Below are positions 55,650-64,000 of a stretch of DNA of 64,000 nt, one piece after another. The stretch's first letter is position 1, and each line of letters opens with the position of its first letter. The notes beneath the pieces were generated by a model that saw nothing but the letters and a program-made list of their open reading frames with translations, had not been told where the DNA came from and did not search any database. The position numbers were made by a program, and so were the translations under genes. Origin of the DNA: a bacterium (lineage in GTDB: Bacteria > UBA8248); contig CBDBZU010000004.1 in assembly GCA_965213625.1 (NCBI GenBank), positions 1 to 64,000 of the forward strand. The letters run 5' to 3'.

Positions 55650-56390
55650 CTCACCCCACCGCCTATACCCGATTCGTCGCCCGTCCGTCAGCCACTCTAA
55701 CTTGCGGCTGATGCAGGCGCCCAGCGCGGCGTCCTTCGCGGCGAGAGCGAAACCGCCGTGCTCGGTCTCGGGGTCCAGGGCCGTAACCGCGAATTCGCCG
55801 CCGGAGGCGTGGGCCGTGTGACGGTTGCCGATCTCGCCTTTCGCCACCGCATCTATCCGGCCGGCACGAAGGGCCGCCATGAGTTCCGCCCCGCCGAGTT
55901 TCGAATCGAGATAGACCACCCGGGGCATGCCCATCGAGGGTGGCTCGACGGACAGGCGCCCGGCGAGGTTCGGCGACGAGCCGGCGGCATCGATGACGTA
56001 GTCCGCGCTCCCGTCGGCCACCGCCTCGCCGCGCGGTGTACGGACGCGGGCACCGGCAGCAAGGATCCCGGAGGAACTTGCGAGACCTGTCAACGCCAGC
56101 AATCGCGCCTCGCTCGACGTTCCCGCAAGGACGCCGACGCGGACGCTGCTCCCCAGGTCCTCATGCCTGTGGATGCGCCCGGCGTCTGCGGCACGCACCA
56201 GAAGCGACTGGCGGAACGCGATGTGCCCCGACGTGAAGACGACGGTTCTCTTCCCCGCGGTATCGAAGGTTCGGGACTCGATAATCGTGATGCCCCGCCC
56301 ACCATGTCGAACTACAATCCGGCCGCGCGAAGCCAGATGTTCTTCCAAGACGCGATGCCGCGGCGGGAAAAAGAGAGGCCCGCGCCCTTC
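55650..56390 (-). pseudogene. Amino-acid-type ABC substrate-binding domain fragment
   Basis: FRQSLLVR, RVGVLAGTSSE, ALRAGRIDAVAKGE, GFALAAKD; no signal peptide, 5' part appears frameshifted. Confidence 0.6.
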
Positions 56391-56915
56391 ATCGCTTCGA
56401 GGGCGCTCATGATGCCAAATATTTCAAATCAATTTTTCTTGACAAATTTCGTTGATATTGCCAAGGTATTTAATGCAACATGATTTGCGGGTTGACTCGA
56501 TAATGGGATCGATTTTGAAATACAAGACCTCATTCTCGAGTGAATACGAAGGAGTCCACCCCAAAACTCATAAGTTAAGCGGCATTCGGCCCGATCCGGC
56601 GGGGCTGACACCAATAAAAAAATGAAAAGTATGAATCTATGCAAGGAACCCGATAATGGCTCAAGAAATGAAAGAAGCATTTGCAAACATAAACTCTTAA
56701 TTTGACCATTCAGGATCAAGATTCGATGAACTCAATGATGAAGTTAATCTCAAAAATCTTTGTTAACTTTGCTGAATTATTCCCATTCTTTAAGGAGACC
56801 GAAGATGCGCGCCGCCTTGCAACATTCCCCTTGGTTTTTCGGGCCTTCTTCAATAGCAGAAAAGTTTCATATCAGGGCTTGACAAGCCGGACGAGAGCGT
56901 TCTTCACCATGTCCT

Positions 56916-56945
56916 CCGAACCGAACCGAACCGAACCGAACCGAA
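56916..56945 (+). repeat. Simple sequence repeat (CCGAA)6
   Basis: Six perfect units, translated EPNRT in ORF 56702-56950. Confidence 0.9.
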
Positions 56946-56953
56946 CGTAGGCC

Positions 56954-57943
56954 ATGAGCGTTACCACATGGCGGCGCTGCCTTTGCCTTTCAGCCTCACC
57001 GCCTGAGTTTTCCCGCCGCTCCGGTCCGCGCGGCGCGGCTTCCGGACTCCGCAAAAGAATCGGCGCCCCGGGACAAACGCCCCGGAAGCGGGCCACCTTT
57101 TCCCCGCACCGTCTCTTCCTGTCCTTGCTGTTGCCGGTCCTGCTGGCGGCGGGTTTTACCGACGAGACCACCGCGCAGGTCACGGTCTCCTTCGAGGCGA
57201 TGGATACGTGGATGACCGAAGGCGACGCGACCGACACGGCGCAGGTCAGGGTCAAGCTCGGCCAGCGGCTGCTGACGGACGATGTGGCGCACTTCTCCAT
57301 CGGCATAGGCACTAACTCGACCACCGTCCGCCACACCGATCACGTGACCTCGGACTACTCCTACGCCATCACCGGAACCAGCGTTACGGTGTCCGGTACG
57401 GGAAGTGACCCGACTCTGACCTTCACCGGCCTTGCCACGAACGTGGTGCAGGAGGCGCCCATCATGCTCACCCCAGTGACGAACCTAGAAGAAGGCAACG
57501 CCTACGAAGGGACGCTGAACGTCGTTTTCGGGAGCGAGGGCAAACAACACCAACGTCGCCTGCGGCCTGCCCGTGGGCACGCTGGCCAGCAGACCATGAC
57601 GCACAGCGACCCGACAAGCGTGTTGAGTATCTGGACAACGCCAACTCGGTGGCCAAGGGTGAGGTGTTCGAGGTGGAAACTGATGTTCTCGTGGCCTCGG
57701 TTCACGAATACAACTGTTACCTTGGTGAACACGGACCAGACCGCGTCGGAACAAGGGGACTACACGGGCGGCCCCTACACGGTGACTATCCCGGCGGGGT
57801 GGCCCCGGTACCGCTTCTCTATTGCCACCGAGTATGATGACGAGATCGAGGGTCCGGAAACATTCCTGCTCTCTATCCAGGGCGGCGACCTGCCCTCCAC
57901 AACCGCCGCCGCGCTGTACTCAGCGCCCTTTGAGGAGCGCTGA
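56954..57943 (+). pseudogene. Truncated Calx-beta surface protein
   Basis: Extended signal ending TTAQ; DYTGGPYTVTIPAG, DDEIEGPETFLLSI; apparent compensating frameshifts near 57540-57690; no barrel. Confidence 0.65.
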
Positions 57944-57947
57944 CTTG

Positions 57948-60900
57948 GTGCCGAAGTATGATGCCGCCATTATCGGCGCGGGACCGGTGGGAAGCGTGTG
58001 CGCAATTATCCTTGCGCGCAAGGGCGTTAAGGTGGCCCTGCTCGAAGCGAATCCGAAAGCGTCTAAACGCCTTGCAGGCGAATGGTTGCATCCGCCGGCA
58101 GTGAAATTGTTGCGTGACATCGGGATTGATGTTGATACGCTTTTCGGCAGCAAGTCGGGCGTCGGTTTCGTGGTGCTGCCCGACGACGACTCCGACCCGA
58201 TCCTGCTTCCTTATCCAGACGGTTCACGGGGTCTGGTATGCGACCACGCGCTGCTCGTTTCAAGCCTCCGCGAGGTCATAGAGAACGAGGCCAATGTCGA
58301 TTTCATTTCCGACGCGCGGGTCAATGTCGTTGAAAACGAACGGATCACCTTCTCGAAAAACGGCTCGGAATGCGCCATAAATGTCGACCGAATTATCGGC
58401 GCCGACGGCCGCGCTTCGATCGTGCGCAGATCCTTGGGATATTCCATGAACCCGATGCTCTGTTCGCGGATGCTCGGGGTGACGTTACACGACGCCGACC
58501 TGCTGTTTGAAGGTTACGGACATCTGGTGCTGGGCGGGCCGGGTCCAATTTTCATTTACGGACTTGCGAACGGCTCCGTCCGGGTCAACCTAGATGTCCC
58601 ATTGGACTGCTGGAATTCCAAGGATCGGATAAGTTTCTTGTCTGAATCCTATGGCAGGCTGCTTCCGGGATATCTCGGGCAGGCCTTCGTCGAAGCGCTG
58701 CACGTCAGGCGATTCTATGCCGCCGCCAACCAGTTGAGACCGCGTGTCACGTACGGGAACCCGCGGCGGGTGCTTATCGGCGATGCGGCCGGACACTATC
58801 ATCCCATGACGGCAGTCGGCATGACTCTCGGCTTCGGCGATGCGCTGGCGCTCTCCGAAAGCGAGGACTTCCAGCAATTCACCGCAGAGCGGTTCCAGGC
58901 GACCCGTGTTCCCGAGTTCCTTGCCATGGGGCTTTATGAGGTGTTGGCCGATTACCGCACCGAATCGGTTATGCTCAGAAAGGCCGTTTACCAGGGCTGG
59001 CGAGCGAATTCGGGGTATCGGGACCGGACCATGCGGATACTTGCCTGCCAAGAGTTGTCCATGTCAATGACGGTTTTCTCCTTTTGCGAAACTATCGCGC
59101 GGGCAATGAGCCGGGAGATAATCTTCTCCATCCGCAGGTTTTCATGGCGTCGGATATTGGTGAACTTTCGCGCGTTGGCTGCTCGCCTTTGGTGGTTGCT
59201 GCTCGGCATCCGCCAGTTGAGGGAGGCGACCAGGGAAGGAAGGGAGGAAAGCGCGAAAGCGCGAGAGCACCTACGACGGGCATTCCCCTATACCATCCCT
59301 TCGAAAACCGAATCGGAGCGGTCCGCCCGCGCCGGAGAGGTCGATTCGCCCGATGCCGGTCCGGCGCTGGGCAGCGCCGCCCAATGCCTCGTGCAAATGC
59401 AGAGAGAGGACGGCCACTGGGAAGGCGAGATGGTCTGGTGTCCCATGCTCACGGCGCAATACGTACTGCTCCACCACATCATCGGCCAGCCGCTCGATCC
59501 GGGAAAGCGGCGCCGGGTGCTGCGCTCGTTTGAGAGGACCCGTCTCCAGGACGGTTCATGGGGCCTGCACGAGCATTCGTCGCCCCATCTGTTCGTCACC
59601 GCCCTCGTTTATGTCGCGGCGCGGCTGCTCGGTGAAGAGCCGGATGACCCCCTGATCGCGCCGGCCCGGCGGTTCATTCAGGCCGAGGGGATTCTCGGCA
59701 TTCCGAGCTGGGGAAAATTCTGGCTGGCGCTCCTTAGTCTTTATGATTGGAACGGTGTGAACGCTGTTCTGCCGGAATTGTGGAGCCTACCGCGGAAGAT
59801 ACCGCTGCATCCCTCCAATTGGTACTGCCATACACGGCTCATCTATATGGCGATGGCGTCAATTTATGTCCGCCGGTTCCAGGCGCCCGTCACACCAGTT
59901 ATCGCCGCGTTGCGGGAAGAACTTTATCCGCAAGGTTTTGCCATGGCCGATTTTCTCGCCACCAGGAACCGGCTTCGGGACGCCGATCTTTTTGCAAGGC
60001 CGTCCGTCTGGCTCAGGCTCGGATATAGATTTGCACGGCTGGTCGAGCGGTTCCACAGCAAACACCTGCGCACACAGTGCATGGATGCAATTCTCGGGCA
60101 GATCAGATGGGAACTGCAGACCACCAGCCATACTAGCATCTCTCCGGTCAGCGGCATTCTCAACATTCTGGCGCTGTGGCTGCACGATCCGGACGATACC
60201 GATTGCCGACGGGCGCTATCGAAAATGGATTCCTGGATATGGGAAGACGAAGACGACGGCTTGCGGGTCACCGGAGCAAGAAGCGCTTCGTGGGATACCG
60301 GGTTCGCGCTGCAAGCTCTGGCTACCATGCCTGAGACGGACCGTGTTCGGGATGCGCTCCGGCGCGGCGCCGATTTTCTGCTCGGCGAACAGATCAAGAC
60401 CAGCTTTGAGCGGTTTCGTGAAGCCTACCGCGCTGACCCCAAAGGCGGCTGGTGCTTCGCCGGCGGGTGGCATGGCTGGCCGGTGAGTGACTGCACGGCG
60501 GAGGCGGTGCTCGGACTCGTCGCCGCCCACGGAGACGACACGGACTCGTCCGTGCTCAGCGAAGCGATTGGCTTTATGTTGCGAAGCCAGAACCCCGACG
60601 GCGGCTTCGGCAGTTATGAGGCCAGGCGCTCGGCAATTGATCTGGAGCGCTTGAATCCCGCAGAGATGTTCGGCGAATCGATGACCGAGCATTCTTTTGT
60701 CGAATGTACCGCGTCTTGTATCGCGGCGCTGGCTGTCTGCCGGGATCGATTTCCCGAAATTGGCGACAGGTCAGGGGTTGCCGATTCCATCGCCCGGGGC
60801 GCCTTGTGGTTGCGACGGAACCAGATGGCTGACGGCAGTTGGCGCGGCGTATGGGGGGTCCAGTACATCTACGGCACCCTTTTCGGCATCAGGGGCCTTG

Positions 60901-61388
60901 TTTCGGACCGGGCCGGTCCAAGCGATCCGGCGCTGCGCGCGTCTTGCCGCTGGCTGCTGGAGCGCCAGCAGCAAGACGGGGGATGGGGTGAACACCACAG
61001 CGGCTGCCTAAGCGGTCGCTACGTCCCGCATCAGGAAAGTCAGGTCATACAGACCGCGTGGGCGCTGATAGCGCTCCTCGAGGCGGACGAAACTGACTGG
61101 GCCGCGATTTCCCGGGGCGCTGGCTTCCTGCTTAATACGCAGGAAGCAGACGGGACTTGGCCCAAGCAGGACATGCCCGGCGTTTTTTTTCGGACGGCGC
61201 TCCTGGATTACGGGCTCTACCGCCAGTATTTCCCCCTGCACGCGCTTGGTCTCTACGAGCAGCGTCGCCGGAAGCGACGCAAGAGCATGATATTACCGGC
61301 GAGAAGTCAACGCGTCATGGCTGAAAGAGTGGCGGCTGTGGAAATGAAGCCGGACGGCGGAACCGGAACGGCAAAGAATATCTCGTAG
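57948..61388 (+). CDS. Squalene monooxygenase - 2,3-oxidosqualene cyclase fusion protein
   Basis: GAGPVG, RLAGEWLHP, IGADGRASIVR, LIGDAAGHYHPMTAVGMT (SQMO); DGSWGLH, IPSWGKFWLA, WYCHTR, GWPVSDCTAE and QW repeats (OSC); GAGGAG RBS at 57932. Confidence 0.9.
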   Translation: MPKYDAAIIGAGPVGSVCAIILARKGVKVALLEANPKASKRLAGEWLHPPAVKLLRDIGIDVDTLFGSKSGVGFVVLPDDDSDPILLPYPDGSRGLVCDHALLVSSLREVIENEANVDFISDARVNVVENERITFSKNGSECAINVDRIIGADGRASIVRRSLGYSMNPMLCSRMLGVTLHDADLLFEGYGHLVLGGPGPIFIYGLANGSVRVNLDVPLDCWNSKDRISFLSESYGRLLPGYLGQAFVEALHVRRFYAAANQLRPRVTYGNPRRVLIGDAAGHYHPMTAVGMTLGFGDALALSESEDFQQFTAERFQATRVPEFLAMGLYEVLADYRTESVMLRKAVYQGWRANSGYRDRTMRILACQELSMSMTVFSFCETIARAMSREIIFSIRRFSWRRILVNFRALAARLWWLLLGIRQLREATREGREESAKAREHLRRAFPYTIPSKTESERSARAGEVDSPDAGPALGSAAQCLVQMQREDGHWEGEMVWCPMLTAQYVLLHHIIGQPLDPGKRRRVLRSFERTRLQDGSWGLHEHSSPHLFVTALVYVAARLLGEEPDDPLIAPARRFIQAEGILGIPSWGKFWLALLSLYDWNGVNAVLPELWSLPRKIPLHPSNWYCHTRLIYMAMASIYVRRFQAPVTPVIAALREELYPQGFAMADFLATRNRLRDADLFARPSVWLRLGYRFARLVERFHSKHLRTQCMDAILGQIRWELQTTSHTSISPVSGILNILALWLHDPDDTDCRRALSKMDSWIWEDEDDGLRVTGARSASWDTGFALQALATMPETDRVRDALRRGADFLLGEQIKTSFERFREAYRADPKGGWCFAGGWHGWPVSDCTAEAVLGLVAAHGDDTDSSVLSEAIGFMLRSQNPDGGFGSYEARRSAIDLERLNPAEMFGESMTEHSFVECTASCIAALAVCRDRFPEIGDRSGVADSIARGALWLRRNQMADGSWRGVWGVQYIYGTLFGIRGLVSDRAGPSDPALRASCRWLLERQQQDGGWGEHHSGCLSGRYVPHQESQVIQTAWALIALLEADETDWAAISRGAGFLLNTQEADGTWPKQDMPGVFFRTALLDYGLYRQYFPLHALGLYEQRRRKRRKSMILPARSQRVMAERVAAVEMKPDGGTGTAKNIS

Positions 61389-61456
61389 AGGGATGGAAAA
61401 AAGGGGACCGGAAGCCGCAGGAATCGGCATCACGAGAAAGAATCAAATCACGAGAA

Positions 61457-63487
61457 ATGGAGTGTAACATGATAACGAAGCAATCGTTGAATATCCCGCA
61501 AGAATTCATCCTGACGATTCTCAACGAGCAGAACGGTTATTTCCACCAAGTGGAGGGCTGGACGTTGAACTGCGCCACCATCGGCGCAGTTCTGGCCGAT
61601 CTCTGCTTGAAATCACGCGTTGATACAGATGAAGAATCACTTTTTCTGCTGGACTCAACCAAAACAGGCGACCCGGAACTGGATTTATGCCTGGAAGAGA
61701 TCGCATCCCATCCCAATCTGGAAGAACCGCGATACTGGATTGAGCGGCTTGCAGTTCATTCGGAAGACATCATCGATGCTACGCTGAAGCACTTGATCAA
61801 GTCCGAAATTCTGACACGCCATGATGGTGAGTTTTATACAACGAACCACTGCGCCTGGCATGCGAAATTGGAACGATATCCCCAAAGCGAGAGCGTCGGA
61901 AAGTACATCAAATCGAGAATCGAGGAGGTGATTTTCACGGATATCATTCCGGACCCGAGGGATTCCCTGATAATCGGTCTTTTGGATGCGTGCGATATCA
62001 TTAAATTTATTTTCGAGCTGGATGAGGAAGAGAAAAAGCGAATTGACCTGGTTTGTAAAACGGAACTGCTCAACCGGGTCATTTCCAGTGCCGTCAAGCA
62101 AGTCGCCATTACGCCTGCATTGCAACACTCACCCCTCACAAAATCAATTCCGAAGATTCCCCTAAAGAGCTTGCTTGCAAATCGGCATTTGTGGGACGGC
62201 AACCTGCCGGCGCTGTTCGGGAATCTGGCCGACCGATATGGTCCGGTCTTTCAAATCTGTGCGCCGTTTCAAAAGCCGCGAACATTTTTAGCTGGACCTG
62301 ATATCAATCATTGGGTGCGTCGAAATTCCCGAAGGTTTTTAACTTCCGGCAATTTTTTTCGCAAGATGGAGATGGTTTGCGGCGCAAACAATTTACTGCC
62401 GTCGATGGACGGAGCCGATCATTTTCGATTGCGCAAGCTGATGGGGAAAATTTACTCGAAAGCCAGTTTCTATGAGAGGCTGGATGATATGTTCCGACTG
62501 AGCCGCCAATTCATGATAAGTCAAGAGTGGCAGGCGGGATCGAGACTGGAAGTACAGCGAGATACCCGGTTGATGACCAATTTTCAATTGTCTCAGGTTC
62601 TTATTAGTACGGATTCGCAAGATGTATTTGAAGATCTGGTCAAATGGAATGAAAGAGCAATCCTTTGCTACGTTGCGGATTTTCTGCCGAAATTCCTGAC
62701 GCGCACTCCCGGCATGAAGTATCGCTTTCAGCTTTACGAGAAACTCCTGCGGCGCATCGAGCAGAACCATATACCCATTCACCGCGCAGGTGTTGTCGAG
62801 GAGCTAGCGGACGCACTGATTGCTTTGCACAACAGCGACCCGCAGTTTATCCCGGAGCAAAACCTGCTGTTCATGCTGGGGGTAACGCCTGTGTTTCAAA
62901 GTATTTATCTAGGGGACATGTTGGGATTCGTGCTTTATGAAATGGCCAGGCAGCCGGAAATTACGGCGAGAATTCGTGAAGAGGCAAACGCGCTTTTCGA
63001 TGGCGGGGACCCGGATAAAGACGAGTTTTCGCCGGACAAGTATGACGTTACCAGACGTTTTCTCATGGAATGCTTACGAATGTATCCGATTATCTGCATA
63101 CATCTTCGCGATGTCTCAAGTTCTTGCGTCGTGGCAAATTATTCACTGCCGCTCAGGGAACGGTTGTACATTGTTCAAACCGCGGCGCACTACATGAGTG
63201 ATTGCTTCGCAGACCCCTACGAATTCGATATCGACCGTTATCTGCCGCCGCGCAATGAGCATCAAGGTCCTGGATACGCTCCGAACGGCTTGGATACCCA
63301 CTCGTGCGCAGGATGGGCATGGATGCATTTGCAGTTAACAGTTACCGTGTTGGTTATAGCGCATCATTTCGAGTTCGCGCTGCCGCCTAAAGACTATAAG
63401 CTGAAAATCAACCCGTTCCCGGCATTGTCGGTTACGAAGAAACTTCGGCTGCGCATCGCAAGCCAGTTGCGCGAAATTTCGGCTTGA
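61457..63487 (+). CDS. GPP34/GOLPH3 domain - cytochrome P450 fusion
   Basis: N-terminal GAVLADLCLKSRVDTD...TGDPELD...YWIERLA; P450 motifs DGADHFRLRK, ECLR, FDIDRY, THSCAG. Confidence 0.8.
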   Translation: MECNMITKQSLNIPQEFILTILNEQNGYFHQVEGWTLNCATIGAVLADLCLKSRVDTDEESLFLLDSTKTGDPELDLCLEEIASHPNLEEPRYWIERLAVHSEDIIDATLKHLIKSEILTRHDGEFYTTNHCAWHAKLERYPQSESVGKYIKSRIEEVIFTDIIPDPRDSLIIGLLDACDIIKFIFELDEEEKKRIDLVCKTELLNRVISSAVKQVAITPALQHSPLTKSIPKIPLKSLLANRHLWDGNLPALFGNLADRYGPVFQICAPFQKPRTFLAGPDINHWVRRNSRRFLTSGNFFRKMEMVCGANNLLPSMDGADHFRLRKLMGKIYSKASFYERLDDMFRLSRQFMISQEWQAGSRLEVQRDTRLMTNFQLSQVLISTDSQDVFEDLVKWNERAILCYVADFLPKFLTRTPGMKYRFQLYEKLLRRIEQNHIPIHRAGVVEELADALIALHNSDPQFIPEQNLLFMLGVTPVFQSIYLGDMLGFVLYEMARQPEITARIREEANALFDGGDPDKDEFSPDKYDVTRRFLMECLRMYPIICIHLRDVSSSCVVANYSLPLRERLYIVQTAAHYMSDCFADPYEFDIDRYLPPRNEHQGPGYAPNGLDTHSCAGWAWMHLQLTVTVLVIAHHFEFALPPKDYKLKINPFPALSVTKKLRLRIASQLREISA

Positions 63488-63667
63488 AGGTGCTCCTGCA
63501 GGCCTGACCGGCAATACGGACGCTATCGAGAATGAAGGCATGCCGCGAACGTGGACGCGGAGGGGCGGAAGTTTGCTCGCGAGACACCCGGCGGAACCGC
63601 CCCGGCCTGATCGGCGCTTAGACGGCCTCATTCCTTCGACCTACGCCATCACGAAACGTCCCAGAAG

Positions 63668-64000
63668 CTAGTCGCCGAGCGCTTGCCCGTGTTTCGTCCT
63701 GTCGAGCGTCAGCAGAAGCGGCGGTAGTAAAAAGAGGTCCGCAACGAGCGCAATGATGACCGTCATTCCGACCAGCAACCCGAGCGTCTGATTGGTCACT
63801 AGCCCCGATGCGCCAAAGACGAAAAACGCCACCGCAAAAATCAAGGTTGTGCTTAGCAGCGGTTTTCCAACGAGTTCGAAAGTCGGCGCGATAGCTTCGG
63901 AAGGTGATTTGCCCTCTGCGCGTGATTTCAGGTATTTGGACAGGAGATGGATGGTATCGTCCACAACGATGGCAAACGCTATCGCGGTAACGATTGACGC
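63668..64000 (-). CDS. MMPL/RND family transporter, C-terminal part (runs off the window)
   Basis: IAFAIVVDDTIHLLSKY, VGKPLLSTT, ALVADLFLLPPLL. Confidence 0.85.
   Translation of the reverse strand, partial: ASIVTAIAFAIVVDDTIHLLSKYLKSRAEGKSPSEAIAPTFELVGKPLLSTTLIFAVAFFVFGASGLVTNQTLGLLVGMTVIIALVADLFLLPPLLLTLDRTKHGQALGD

Noticed and set aside
57822-57947. N-terminal extension of the SQMO-OSC ORF
   Set aside because: It overlaps the Calx-beta coding frame; the RBS and Rossmann motif place the start at 57945 or 57948.

Overview
The window is about 5.3 kb of housekeeping genes (selB 3' end, a C-DES-like PLP lyase, chdC/hemQ, an SDR, an SCO protein), then a roughly 50 kb mosaic of nested integrative elements, then a triterpenoid locus. 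The host is probably a marine-sponge bacterial symbiont (inferred from an SrpE-type LCCCW precursor and many Calx-beta proteins). Main points: (1) a single ORF fusing squalene monooxygenase to a DCTAE-type oxidosqualene cyclase, followed by a GPP34/GOLPH3-P450 fusion and a convergent MMPL transporter; (2) an ssb gene split at GTCGCAAA (15535 / 52330) by a ~36.8 kb integrase element that itself carries an intact inverted copy of the module it interrupted, giving a ~7.3 kb near-identical inverted repeat; (3) pentanucleotide repeat tracts in the leaders of Calx-beta surface-protein genes, suggesting phase variation; (4) a type I RM operon with a HEPN toxin, an MNT-HsdS fusion and two more HEPN-motif proteins; (5) a patch of small secreted 18-Cys and Calx-beta proteins with a swapped signal peptide; (6) an Frpo-like hairpin promoter, group II intron fragments and many integrase remnants. 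All calls come from reading motifs by eye; no database search was run, and assembly artefacts in the repeats cannot be excluded.
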